Below, piece by piece: positions 36,831 through 48,955 of a stretch of DNA of 64,000 nucleotides. Made by a program: the position numbers and the translations under genes. The DNA lies in contig OX597815.1 in the NCBI GenBank assembly GCA_951406725.2, positions 178,870,001 to 178,934,000 of the forward strand, in the 5' to 3' direction. The notes beneath the pieces were generated by a model. It worked only from the letters and a program-made list of their open reading frames with translations. It ran no database searches and was not told the DNA's origin. Numbering within the stretch: the stretch's first letter is position 1; every line of letters begins with the position of its first letter. The DNA is from Octopus vulgaris. Taxonomy: Eukaryota.

Positions 36831-37116
36831 AATAATAATAATAATTTATTTCTTTATTACCCACAGGAGGATAAACATAGAGGGGACAGACAAGGGGATT
36901 AAGTCGATTACATCGACCCCAGTGATTAACTGGTACTTATTTAATCGACTCCGAAAGGATGAAAGGCAAAATCGACCTTGGGGGAATTTGAACTCAGAAC
37001 GTAATGGCAGATGAAATACTGCTAGGCATTTCACCCAGTGTGCTAACATTTCTGCCAATAATAATAATATTGAAAAATACCTTAGGAATGAGGACCTAGG
37101 TTCGAAATTTCTTCAA

Positions 37117-37162
37117 GACACCTGATGAAGGCTAGGGGGTATATCAGCTGAAACGTTGTGTT
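37117..37162 (+). ncRNA. Minimal type I hammerhead ribozyme motif with intact core
   Basis: Stem I GACAC/GTGTT, core CTGATGA (37122-37128), extra A, stem II GGCT/AGCT, GAAA (37150-37153), palindromic ACGT in place of stem III, predicted GUU cleavage triplet ending at 37157. Confidence 0.78.
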
Positions 37163-37583
37163 AACAACAAACAAGATGAGGACAAATATTCGTCAAATGT
37201 AAATCATGTACATAATTCCTCATCTCTTAAATATAGAACTGTATTAACTTCTCTTGTGCTGGCACTGTAGAATAATCTCCTCCAGTGCACTCTGTAAAGT
37301 GGGTGGCATTAGGAAGGGCGTCCATCTGTAGAAACCATGTGGAAACTGAGGTACTGGAGCACGACATTGTTCTCTGACTCATTGGATGCAATCTGATCAT
37401 CCAACCAATGTTGGTATGGAAAGCTAGCATCAATTGGACAATTAGACCAAAATTCTGACATTCAAAAGGCTGATGCTTATATATGGTTCAAAAGTACAAA
37501 AATGAAAAAAAACAAAAACAAACGACAGAGATAGTTGAAGAAACAACAAACAAAGTGTATTTTCTCAGAACAAATGGAAGAGT

Positions 37584-37619
37584 CTTTGATGTTTCGAGCA
37601 TAGGCTCTTTATCAGAAAG
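37584..37619 (-). ncRNA. Degenerate minimal hammerhead motif of a second Penelope-type family
   Basis: Minus strand reads CTTT CTGATAA A GAGC-CTAT-GCTC GAAA CATC AAAG. Confidence 0.6.
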
Positions 37620-37963
37620 CAATGAGGAGAGAAAAGATGGAGAGAGTGGAGAAAAATATAAAAATAGAATAAAAACAGAGAGAAAAAAAAATGTATCTGG
37701 ATTAATGGTTGCACATGTTGAATTGACCAGAAGGAAGTAGTTGGAGAGAATGGCGGCATGGTAAATGATGTACATAATTCCTCATCTCAAAAATATAAGC
37801 ATGAACTTTGATAATCTGCACAAGATAATGGTTTCCTTGGGAAAAGGTATTTGCAATGATAATTTCTTTTGATTGAGACTTAGAATGCTTTCATATGTTT
37901 CCATTTGTCCAGTGCTGGTCTTTAGTTTGCTTCCAGCCTCATCACAACCATGTCAAAGTTATT

Positions 37964-38678
37964 TGTACATTATTTACCATAGATGGACAGCAGGTGTTCT
38001 CACCTTGTTTGCTGTTACCACAACGTTTTGGCCGATGTACTCTCTACCCTTCATCAGGCGTTCGGGTGGAATTTCGAAACGAACCCTTTATTCGACTAAT
38101 GGGGTACACTTTTCTCATTCCTAAGGTATGTTGCTGATGTTTAAGAACGCGGGCTACTCACCCTCGGATTCTGAGTTCAGTTCCAGGCAAGGACTTCAAG
38201 AATAATATCAACAGCAAAAATAACATAAGCTAAACAAGAATACCTTAGGAATGAGAACAGAGTAGCCCATTAGTCAAATAAAGGGGTTGGATTTGATCAG
38301 CCGAAATGTTGTGATAACAACAAACCAGATGAGAACACCTATCCATTATTTACCATGGTAAATAATAATAAAAATAAATGCGCCCTTTTAAAGCCTAGCC
38401 AGGCTCATGGGCCCGGTTTCCCAGTTTCAATGGTGTATGTGTTCCCCAGCTGGACGGGACGCCAGTCCATCGCAGCATTACTCATTTTTGCTAGCTGAGT
38501 GGACTGGAGCAACGTGAAATGAAGTGTTTTGCTCAAGAACACAACGCATCGCCCGGTCCAGGAATCAAAACCACAATCTTATGATCATGATGCTGACACC
38601 CTAACCACTAAGCCATGCGCCTCTACTACCATGGTAAATAATGTACATAATTCCTCATCTCAAAAATATAGAACAGTA
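37964..38678 (+). mobile_element. tRNA-head/hammerhead element, copy 2 (diverged subfamily), with nested SINE
   Basis: Same order of inverted arm, tRNA-like head, arm and tail CATAATTCCTCATCTC. The nested SINE at about 38378-38624 has TSD TACCATGGTAAATAAT. Confidence 0.75.
38378..38624 (-). mobile_element. tRNA-derived SINE family C with CORE-like and V-domain-like segments
   Basis: Minus strand GAGGCGCATGGCTTAGTGGTTAGGG head, GTTGTGTTCTTGAGCAAAACACTT, and TGCGATGGACTGGCGTCCCGTCCAG. Confidence 0.75.
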
Positions 38679-39594
38679 TTAAAGTTATTTGTGATGAAGA
38701 AAGCCATCATTTTATAGAAAAAATATCTGTATTATCTTTTATGTGTTTCAGTTATTGCTCTGTGGCCATACTGGGGCATCACCTTGAAGAATTTTAGTCC
38801 AATAAATTGAGCCTAGTACATTTTGTTTAAGCCTAGCACCTATTCCGTCAGTTTCTTTTACCAAACTGCTAGGTTATAAGGATGTAAACAAACCAACACT
38901 GGTTGTCAGGCAGTGGTGGAGGATAAACACACACACACACACTCACACACACACACACACACACACTCACACACACACACACACACATACACGAGGAACT
39001 TCTTTCAGTTCTCCATCTACCAAATCTACTCAAGGCTTTGGTCAGCCCGATGCTATAGTAGATGCTTACCCAAGATGTCACAGAGTGGGACTGAACCCAG
39101 AACCATGTGGTTGGGAAGCAAGCTTCTTACCCCACTTACACACCTCCATCTATTTCTTAATTTATGAATTATGCAAACATTGTTATTTATTCTTTTACAA
39201 ATCTTTATGGAATTTTCTTTGAAGAACCAGCTTTTACAGAAATATCTATTTGTTTTTATTACCTTATTTAAAAACAATGGGGTCAGGGGTGATACCTCAG
39301 ACCTCCACCCTGGACAAAGCAGTAAAATGAGAGAAAAAAATGCCTAAAATGAACTTTGCGTTTATTTCTTTTACTGGCAGCTGTCAGACAATCTGACATG
39401 ATGCCAACAACAAATATGGAATTATTGTGACATTTATCGTTGTATAAGACATACATTGGGGCACAAGTGTGGCTGTGGGAAGAAGATTTTTTTGCAGTCA
39501 CAGGGTTCTGGGTTCAGTCCCACTGTGTGGCACCTTGGGCAAGAGTCTTCTACTGTAACCCTTGGAGGGGTTACAGTGTATGTGTGTGTGTGTG

Positions 39595-39641
<47 letters not shown>

Positions 39642-39895
39642 ACAGCCTCCTCTGGCCCCTGTGCCAGTGGCATGCCAGCCTCCCCTGACACTTGTGCCAG
39701 TGGCATGTAAAATGCACCCACTACACTCACAGAGTGGTTGGCATTAGGAAGGGCATCCAGCTGTAGAAACACTGCCTGATCAGACTGGAGCCTGGCGCAG
39801 CCTCCTGGCCTCCCAGACCCCAGTTAAACCGTCCAACCCATGCTAGCATGGAAAACGGACGTTAAATGATGATGATGATGATATATATATATACA

Positions 39896-40102
39896 CAGTA
39901 CCTTCGACTGTCGTGGGTATTACATTCCAAAACCTCCTGCGATAGGTGAAATTCTGCAAATTACAAACAGTACTGTATTGTATTTATTTTAAAATTGTTT
40001 TAATAATTTGTACATATTTATTTTGTTATAAATGCAAAACAACACCACTGAGGGATCGATGTAAGCTTAAATAATAAACCGCGATATGGCGAGGGATTAT
40101 TG
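39896..40102. mobile_element. Tigger/pogo-like MITE
   Basis: CAGTACCTTCG...CGAGGGATTATTG|TA, with degenerate TIRs. Confidence 0.6.
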
Positions 40103-41123
40103 TATAAACCAATTTGTTGCTGATAAATTTTAACAGCAAAATTTTATATAGACTCTCAAGGGTTATGTGCATCTCTAAGGGTTGTATTGGACCCTGGTCG
40201 AGAACCATTGGAACAAACTCTTCAAGGTGGTGCCCCAGCATGGCCACAGTCCAATGACTGAAGCAAATAAAAGATAAGCCATAGAGTGAATGTGAAATTA
40301 TCTTAAGCTTAATTTTCCACTCCATTTTCTCCATTATCAACTGGAGAGATTGCAATTCTGTTGAGTTGGAGATCTTCAAGTAGTTCTGAAACTTTTCTTT
40401 TTCCATAGGAACACCAGTCTATCATAGCCTTAAATGCATATCAAATACATGTTTCACCTGTAGATCACGAGAATGACGTGAACCACATCATTGTATCTAT
40501 TTATAGCTCAGTGGTCTGAGCCAGCTAGAGTTAAATATCTTTTACTCTCCAATTCAATTTCCTTTGTTTTCCAACTGGGGCATCCATGTTTCTACTCTAC
40601 AGCATGACACTTATATCAGTCCCCGCTATCCCTTAAATCTCTCAGCTAGCACAAAGCCCTACCCACTTGATATTTCTTGCCCCTCCCAGGTGAGGGTTTT
40701 TTGTTTTGCAAGGTACTTGGTGACCCTGTTGGTGTTGGTGCCACATGAAAACAACCCAGTACACACTCTGTAATGTGGATGACATTAGGGAGGGCATCCG
40801 ACCATAGAAACCATTCCAAAGCAGACAGTTGGAGTCCGGTGCAGCTACTGGTCTTATCAGCTCCCGTCAAACTGTCCAACCCATGTCAGCAGGGAAAGCA
40901 GATGTTAAATGATGTTCATGTTTGATACTGTCACAATGTCTGATTGTTACTGCAGTTAAGCTGACCAATGAAGACATACTCAAGAACTATGCATTGCCAT
41001 TGCCAAAGTGGTTGGCTGTATTAACATTGTGTAGTGTACATGGGGGGGGGGGGTCATTGTTGGCAGCGAGAATGATAACTAAGGCAAACTCACAGACATT
41101 TAAGTGAAATATTTATTGCCAGA

Positions 41124-41640
41124 CATAGGCGCAGGAGTGGCTGTGAGATAAGAAGCTTGCTTACCAACCACATGGTCCCAGGTTCAGTCCCACCGCATGG
41201 CACCTTGGGTAAGTGTCTTCTACTATAGCCTCAGGCCGACCAAAGCCTTGTGAGTGGATTTGGTAGACGGAAACTGAAAGAAGCCCGTCATATATATATA
41301 TATATATATATATATCTATAACTCTATCTTTATCTGCTTGCCTGTCTGCTTGCCTGCCTGCCTGTCTTCCTGCCTGCCTGCCTATCTGTCTTCCTGCCTG
41401 TCTGCCTGTCTGTCTGTGTTTGTTATTTGTGTCTGTGTTTGTCCATCTACCATCGCTCGACAACCGATGCTGGTGTGTTTACGTCCCTATAACTTAGCAG
41501 TTTGGCAAAAGAGACCGATAGAATAAGTACTAAGCTTACAAAGAATAAGTTCCAGGGGGGGGGGGGCGATTTGTTTGACTAAAAGGTGGTGCTCCAGCAT
41601 GGCCGCAGTCAAATGACTGAAACAAATAAAAGAATAAAAA
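41124..41640 (+). mobile_element. Full-length SINE family B
   Basis: Complete head to GACTGAAACAAATAAAAGA tail. Other near-full copies at about 41973-42380, 49085-49482(-), 53012-53490, 54147-54555, 60450-60808(-) and 63658-64000. Confidence 0.88.
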
Positions 41641-44600
41641 AGTAAAGACATAATGTCTATGTACGATGAACGATATTAATAATTGCTGAATGGGAAGAGA
41701 AGGAAAATTGCACCGTTTCTGTAGAAGTCTCTTATCAGACATTGTGTGAATGTTCAGAATGGGTCTGTCTGAGAACCTGGAGTTGTCTGCATAAATGTCC
41801 GGAACTGTCTGAATGGCAAGAATGGAAGCGTGTGACTTGCTGTAAGAAATTTTATTTCAATGACCTCATCACGTTTTTTTTTTTAAGTTTGATGATGAAT
41901 AAAGACTTACATATTTAAGGCTTTTGTAAAGTTTCTTTTATCATTCTTATTTTTAATTTTAAAGAGCTCTGATATAGGTGGAAGAGTGGCTGTGTATTAT
42001 GTAGCTTGCTTACCAACCACATGGTTCTGGGTTCAGTCCCATTGCGTGGCACCTTGGGCAAGTGTCTTCTGCTGTAGCCTTGGGCTTACCAAAGTGAGTG
42101 GATTTGGTAGACGGAAACTGAAACTGAAAGAAGCCCATCATCATATGTATATATATATGTATGTGTGTTTGTGTGTCTGTGTTTGTCCCCCCCACCATTG
42201 CTCGTCAACCGATGTTGGTGTGTTTACATCCCTGTAACCTAGCAATTCAGCAAAAGAGGCCGATAGAATAAGTACTAGGCTTACAAAGAATAAGTCCTGG
42301 AGTTGATTTGCTCGACTAAAGGTGGTGCTCCAGCATTGCCACAGTCAAATGACTGAAACAGAAAAAAAAAGGAATAAAAGAATATATCTTAAAAAGTACT
42401 GATATTCGGTCAGTTTCACATGATCAACAAATCAACATGGAGCTGTGATATGATTGCTTTCTAGAATGGTCCAGAAACTGTCTTACTCACCTTGTAAAAA
42501 CTGTTTTGGATGCTCAACTTATTACAGAGTGTTAATGGTGGATGACTGAGTCACAAGGCTCCGTTCTAACATATTATGGATAGTGTCACCTTACTGGCAC
42601 ATGTACTGGTGGCACGTGTAAAACGACATTCAAGCGTGGTTGTTGCCAGTGCCGCTGGACTGACTCCTGTGCAGGTGGCACATAAAAAGCACCATTTGAG
42701 CATGGTCGATGCCAGAACTGCCTGACTGGCCCTCATGCCGGTGGCATGTAAAAGCACCTACTACATTCTCGGGGTGGTTGGCATTAGGAAAGGCATCCAG
42801 CTGTAGAAACTTTGCCAGATTAGATTGGAGCTCGGTGCAGCCTTCTGGCTTGCCAGTCCTCAGTCAAACCGTCCAACCCATGCCAGCATGCAAAGCAGAC
42901 ATTAAACAACGACGATGATGACCTATGACCGCGAGTCCACAGCCCTAACCACTGGGCCATTGCGCCTCCACACACACATGACTGGCTTCTTTCAGTTTCC
43001 ATCTGCCAAATCGACTCACAAGGCTCTGGTCTGCCCAATGCTATAGTAAAAGACACTTGCCCAAGGTGCCATGCAGTGGGATTGAACCTGGAACTATGTG
43101 GTTGGGAAGCAGACGTCTTACCATGTAGTCTGTACTTATAATTTCTTTTTCTTTAAATAATAAGGCACTAAAAGAGAATGACTCTCTCCAGACACAATTG
43201 AAGAACGATGTTTTACAGAAATATATTTATTCATTGTATTTAAAGAAACTCTTACAACAAAAGACAAAACAAAGCAAAGCAAAGCAAAACAAAACTCAAT
43301 GATTTGAATCCCTTCCAGTCTTGGAATTCATGCAAAAGAGACCTGACAGAAAGATATATTCATTCTTGGATTATAATAATAATAATAATGAGTTATACAA
43401 CATGAAAGAAATTATGTTTTATGTTTTGTATTAAAGCTATCTCTCTATGATCAGTTGGTACAAAAGCTTCGTAAAATTATGTTACACCTGAAATAATTAG
43501 GTTTATCTTATCAATGTATATTCTTAGGAGGTCAGGCCGAAAATCTTGTCTTATATATATTATAAAGTTCACATTCCTTAGATTAGTGAATTTAGTTCAA
43601 TTAAACAAGTGTGTGTGAGTATAGTAACCCTGACTGTGTGTATCTAAAACCCATTTTCTCCCTACTCTGTGAATATTATCATCATCATCGTTGTCATCAT
43701 TATCTTCGTTCAACATCCGTTTTCCATGCTGGCATGGGTTGGATGGTTTGACTGAAGCTGGCTAGGTCAAGAGCCTCACCAGGTTCCAATTGTCTATTTT
43801 GGCAAGGTTTCTACGACTGGATGCCCTTCCTAATGTTATCCACTTTGTAGAGTGTTCAGGGTGTTTTATACATGGCACCATTACCAATGCTTTTATGTGG
43901 CATTGGCACTGGTGACTTTTACATGTTACCAGTACCAGTGCTTTGTATGTGGCACCAGCATCAGTGCTTTTTACGTGGAACCTTGATAACCACTGATTTA
44001 GACACATTCCTCTCAAGTGTTGGGCCTCACAGAGGCAAAATCAGAGTTGTGGCAGATACCCGTGTCACACAAATTGGCAACCGTGCTGGTGGCACATAAA
44101 TGCACCCTGGTGTCACGAAAATGGCACCTATGCTAGTGGCACATAAAAGCATCCAATACACTCTCAGAGTGGTTGGCATTAGGATGGGCATCCAGCCATA
44201 GAAAACCATGCCAAATCAGACTGGAGTCTGGTACAGCCTTCCAGCTTGCCCGGCCAGGTCAAACTGTCCAACTCATGCCAGCATGGACAACAGACGTTAA
44301 ATGATGATGATAATGAGGAGGAGGATATATAGCTTAAAGGAAATATTGATCTTGGGAGATTAATTGTTTTATCTTTAGTTTGCCAGCATGTTTTGTTTAA
44401 TTAATACTTAATTGTTGAACTTGGAACATTGTCCATCTTGGGAATTTTAGAATCAAAATAGTTGTGCCTTCTGAAGTGCGGAAACTAGTTTATTGTCTTT
44501 GAGGTCAAATCAGTTCCTCATGTGATTAAACATGAAATCATGCTTGAATAAATTCTGCCTTTTGCCACAGAATGTGTGATGGAACAGAATCATCATATTT

Positions 44601-46267
44601 GGAAAAGACTTCCGTTGTTTCCGCTTGTAAATGACCAAATTATTTAATCTCAATATATCATCATCATCATTTAACATCTATTTTCCATGCTGTCATGGGT
44701 TGGATGGTTTAACTGGAGCTGGCTGGGCAAGAAGACTTCACCAGACTTCTGTGTCTGTTTTGGCAGGGTTTTTACAGCTGGATGCCCTTCCTAGCACCAA
44801 CCATTTTACAGAATGGACTGAATGGATGTGTGTGTGTGTGACTTTGTGTCTGTGGTTTCCCCTCCACCCATTCACCACTTGACGGCTGGTGTTGGTGTGT
44901 TTACGTTCCCATAACTTAGCAATTTGGCAAAAGAGACTGATAGAATAAGTACAAGGCATTGAAAAAAGAAAATGTCCTGATGTCGATTTGTTCGACTGAA
45001 ACCCTTCAAGGTCATGCTGCAGCATGGCCGCAGTCAAATGCCTGAAACAAGTAAAAGAAGAAAAGAATGTGTCTGTCTGTTTGTCCCTCCTCCCCCTCCA
45101 CCACTTGACAACCAATGTTGGTCTGCTTACATCAGGGTCGATTTGTCTGACTAAAATTTTTCAAGGCGGTGCCCCAGCATGGTCACAGTCTAATAACTGA
45201 AACAAGTAAAAAATAAAAGATAGTCCTAGGTATACAATGCCTAAAATACTAAACAGGCTCGTTATTACTAACAAACTTTTAATTATATGTCTACTCAATC
45301 AATGTTTACCCAAGGCTGAAAAATATGGAATATGAATAAATTCTGTTTTGTACCCCCCCCTAAGCCTAATAAAACTGACTGGGGTCTTTTTAGCTTCAAA
45401 TTCTGACTTTAAATCCTTTGATAAGTGTAGTTTACAGACGAGTAGGTTCTGCTTATTTGACTTGCCCCAAATAATCCCCCCATAAATCATAAACATTTGT
45501 TTTCAGGTCAATAAATATACACTGTTCACTTCCCAGACATTTGTACATTACTGCATATACTTTATACGCACTTTTTGACAAGTTGTGGTGCACCTGAGCA
45601 CTGTATACAATAATTTCATTATTATTATTATTATTAGAATGCAGCTGTCATTTCTTGACATATGAAAATTTGAAACCCTGTTTCATAATGTATTATTTGA
45701 AATCATTATCATCATTTTTTGACGTCTGCTTTCCATTCTGGCATGAACAGGATGGATTGTCCTGGCCCAAGTCAGTTCTTATATGGAATTTCTGCTCTCC
45801 TACATGTGTTGGAGGGCCATGTTTTATTTATGCTTCATTGCCAAATTGGTAAACCTTGCCAAATTGGATTGGAATCTGATGCAGTTCCCTAGCTTTATAG
45901 TTTTCAACCAAATCATCCAACCAATACCAACATGGAAAGCAGACGTTAAACAATGATGATAATGATGTGATATAATTCCTGTGCCTCATTATCCTTCTTC
46001 GTATCAACCCCCTTTAGCATTTAATCTGGCTGTATCCAGCCATATTCTCCCTGTTTTGTGTTAAAACTGACCAGGTCCCACCTCTCACACCTACTCTACA
46101 ATGTCATTCTAAAAATATACAAATACACCATTGAAGTCTTGAAGCTACAAGAATAATCCGAATGCTAAAGGATTAGAGTCTACCAAGTATATTTGACCAT
46201 GGCACCAACACTAGAGAGGTGGTTGTGTTTTTAACAAGACAGGATCAATAGGTCCTCTCAACCTCTC

Positions 46268-46720
46268 TGTGGAGGCCCAATGGTTAGGGCAACAGACTCG
46301 CAGTTGTAAGACCGCGGTTTCAATACCCAGACTGGGCATTGTGAGTGTTTATTGAGCAAAAACACCTAAGCCCCACGAGGCTCTGGCGGTGGGGGGATGA
46401 ACCCCCACTGTACTCTGTGGAGGCACATGGCCTAGTGGTTAGAGCAGCAGACTCGCGGTCAAGGGATCGCGGGTTCGAATCTCAGACCGGGCAATGTGTG
46501 TGTTTATAAGCGAAACACCTAAGCTCCACATTGCTCCAGCAGAAGGTAATGGCGAACTTCTGCTGACTCTTTCGCCACAACTTTCTCTCACTCTTTCTTC
46601 CTGCATCTTGCAGCACACCTGCGACGGACTGGTGTCCCGTTCAGGTGGGGAACCTATAAGCCAAGGAAACCAGGAAACTGGCCCTTATGAGCCAGGCATG
46701 GCTTGAGAAGGAACAAACAA
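46268..46720 (+). mobile_element. Two tandem family C-like SINEs (tRNA head, V-domain-like core)
   Basis: TGGCCTAGTGGTTAGAGC...GGGTTCGAATCTC head and CCTGCGACGGACTGGTGTCCCGTTCAGG core; related head at about 63140-63295. Confidence 0.78.
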
Positions 46721-47311
46721 CCTCTCTGCTTGCTTGCTGATTACTTTATGGAGGGTATTGAGTGCGTTTTATCCTCTGCACTGCTAAAGTTACTTTGTAC
46801 CCTGCAAAACAAATTGTGTCAATTTGGAGCAACATGACTAAGAAATTGGCATGGAGAGTGGGTGACTACAGAAGATGAACCGAGGTGGGGTGGGGGTGTA
46901 GAAAGAAGAGCGAGTATGAGGGGACAGATAGTGTTTGGGGTGACTGTGTGGAAGGAGGGAGAAATGGGAGAGAGACAGTGTGGTAGAAGCGACAAAAGGG
47001 CTACTGTGATGAGAGAGTGTCACAAGAGAGAGTAATTACAGAAGGTGGTGGGGGTGGGGGTAGGAGTGAGAGAAAGAAATTACAGATGGTAGTGGGGGTG
47101 GTGAGAGTGGGAGAAAGTGAGTAAGTCCTTATGTAAGTGGTAGTTATTTGTAGCATGATTGGTGGCAAGAGACAGTGTGATGGGTGTCATGTGTTCCAGG
47201 GAGAAAGTGTGTAATGGTTAGCATTATAGAATGGTTAATCTCAACATAGGCACAGGCCTTCCTGTGTGGTAAGAAGTTTTGGTTCTCAACCACTTGGTTC
47301 TATGGCACTTT

Positions 47312-47592
47312 GGCATATGGCATAGTGGTTAAGAGCGCGGGCTACTAACCCCAAGTTTCTGAGTTCAATTACAAGCAGTCAGAATAATAATAATAATAAT
47401 TAATTCTTTTATTGGCCACAAGGGCTGACAAAAATTAATTAGAACATAAAGGGACAAAACAGGACTACCTTAGGAATGAGAACCCAGGTTCGAAATTTCC
47501 CCAAGACACCTGGAGGGTATATCAGCCAAAACATTGTGTTAACAACAAACAAGATAAGGACAAATATCCGTCAAATGTAAATAATTCCTCAT
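47312..47592 (+). mobile_element. tRNA-head/hammerhead element, copy 3 (no inverted arm, ribozyme core deleted)
   Basis: Head GGCATATGGCATAGTGGTTAAGAGCGCGGGCTACTAACCCC. The arm has a 10-bp deletion relative to the copy 1 left arm: GACACCTG[ATGAAGGCTG]GAGGG. Confidence 0.78.
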
Positions 47593-48467
47593 GAGACCCT
47601 GTGCTTGAGGAGACCTATTGAGTCAAGTACATCAACATCAAAATAAATATCAAATGGAAATTGTAGTTGTGATACCTGTGTCGGTGGCACGTAAAAAGCA
47701 CCATCCGAACGTGGCCGATGCCAGCGCCGCCTAGACTGGCTTCTGTGCCGGTGGCACATAAAAAGCACCAACCAATCTTGGCCGCTGCCAGACCCACCTG
47801 GCACCTGTGCCGGTGGCATGTTAAAAGCACCCACTACACTCATGGAGTGGTTGGCATTAGGAAGGGCATCCAGCTGTAGAAACACTGCCAGATCAGACTG
47901 GAGCCTGGTGCAGCCTCCTGGCTTCCCAGACCCTGGTCGAACCGTCCAAACCGTGCTAGCACAGAAAATGGACGTTAAACGATGATGATGATTATGTAAC
48001 ACCTTAGATCTTAGTTGTTTACTGTCACAGTTAATAAAGTTGAACTTATCTTTAAACTATATTTAGCAGAGGCTTTAGAATCGAAAGTTGAAGCTAACGA
48101 GACACTAATTAGTTTTATGGTGCCATCCAGGATCACCACCCCGTGTTGTGTTGTTGCCACTGTCTACCTTTGATCAGCCTTGAACAAGATTTATGATGAA
48201 AAGTGGGTCACCTTCCATTTATTTTTATGCTTTGTATAGCTGTGTTATTTAATATGAAATTAAATTGAAGTTATGCAGAAAAGTGGAAATGCATTACATA
48301 ATATATTTCTTTTTAAAAGCAAATATCTTAGGGTAGGTAATAAGTTTCTGGTTTCTAGGAAAATCTTTTGTGTGTTTCCCAGAAACTGCTGTCTTGGTTT
48401 AATTCTTGGAAATAGTTATTTCTGTTTACCCACTTTTGTGCTTTTGAACAGAAAAACTTTAATAATA

Positions 48468-48955
48468 ATCATCATCATCATCATCGTTTAACGTCCGTTC
48501 TCCATGATAGTATGGGTTGGACGGTTCGACCGGGGATCTGGGAAGCCAGAAGGCTGCACCAGGCTCCGGTCTTATCTAGCAATGTTTCTACAGCTGGACG
48601 CCCTTCCTAACGCCAACCACTCCATGAGTGTAGTGGGTGCTTTTTACGTGCCACCTGCACTGGAGCCAGGTGAGGCTGGCATCGGCCACGGTCGGATTGG
48701 TGCATTTTACGTGCCACCTGCATGGAAACCAGTCGAGGCGGCACTGGCTTCGGCCACGATTCGGATGGTGCTTTTTACGTGCCACCGACACGGAAGCCAG
48801 TCGAGGTGGCGCTGGCATCGGTCACGATTCGGATAGTGCTTTTTACGTATCTCCAGTCCAGGGGTCCTGGCATCTGCCAGGTGCCAGTCATAGGATTAGT
48901 TCAATTTCGATTCTGATTTCGATTTCACTTGCCCCAACAGGTCTTCGCAAGCAAA
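48468..48955 (-). mobile_element. RTE 3' end with 4 array units
   Basis: (CAT)n-CGTTTAACGTCC terminus and repeated GTGCTTTTTACGTGCCACC. Further copies at about 19190, 22045, 24690, 26340, 28560, 32195, 39650, 42585, 43680, 44080, 47590, 49655, 50650, 57000 and 61425. Confidence 0.88.

Larger units (their letters stand above)
36600..37243 (+). mobile_element. tRNA-headed element with Penelope-type hammerhead-bearing terminal repeat and inverted 5' duplicate (copy 1)
   Basis: Left arm 36600-36749 is the reverse complement of right arm 37062-37211. tRNA-like head at 36757-36830; ~32-bp unpaired tail at 37212-37243; a family A SINE is nested at 36845-37057. Confidence 0.8.

Noticed and set aside
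42481-42570. Minus-strand perfect donor AAG|GTGAGT suggesting an antisense exon
   Set aside because: No convincing acceptor or recognisable reading frame upstream.
46420-46492. tRNA gene with perfect B box (GGTTCGAATC)
   Set aside because: Continues directly into a SINE body with a V-domain-like core.
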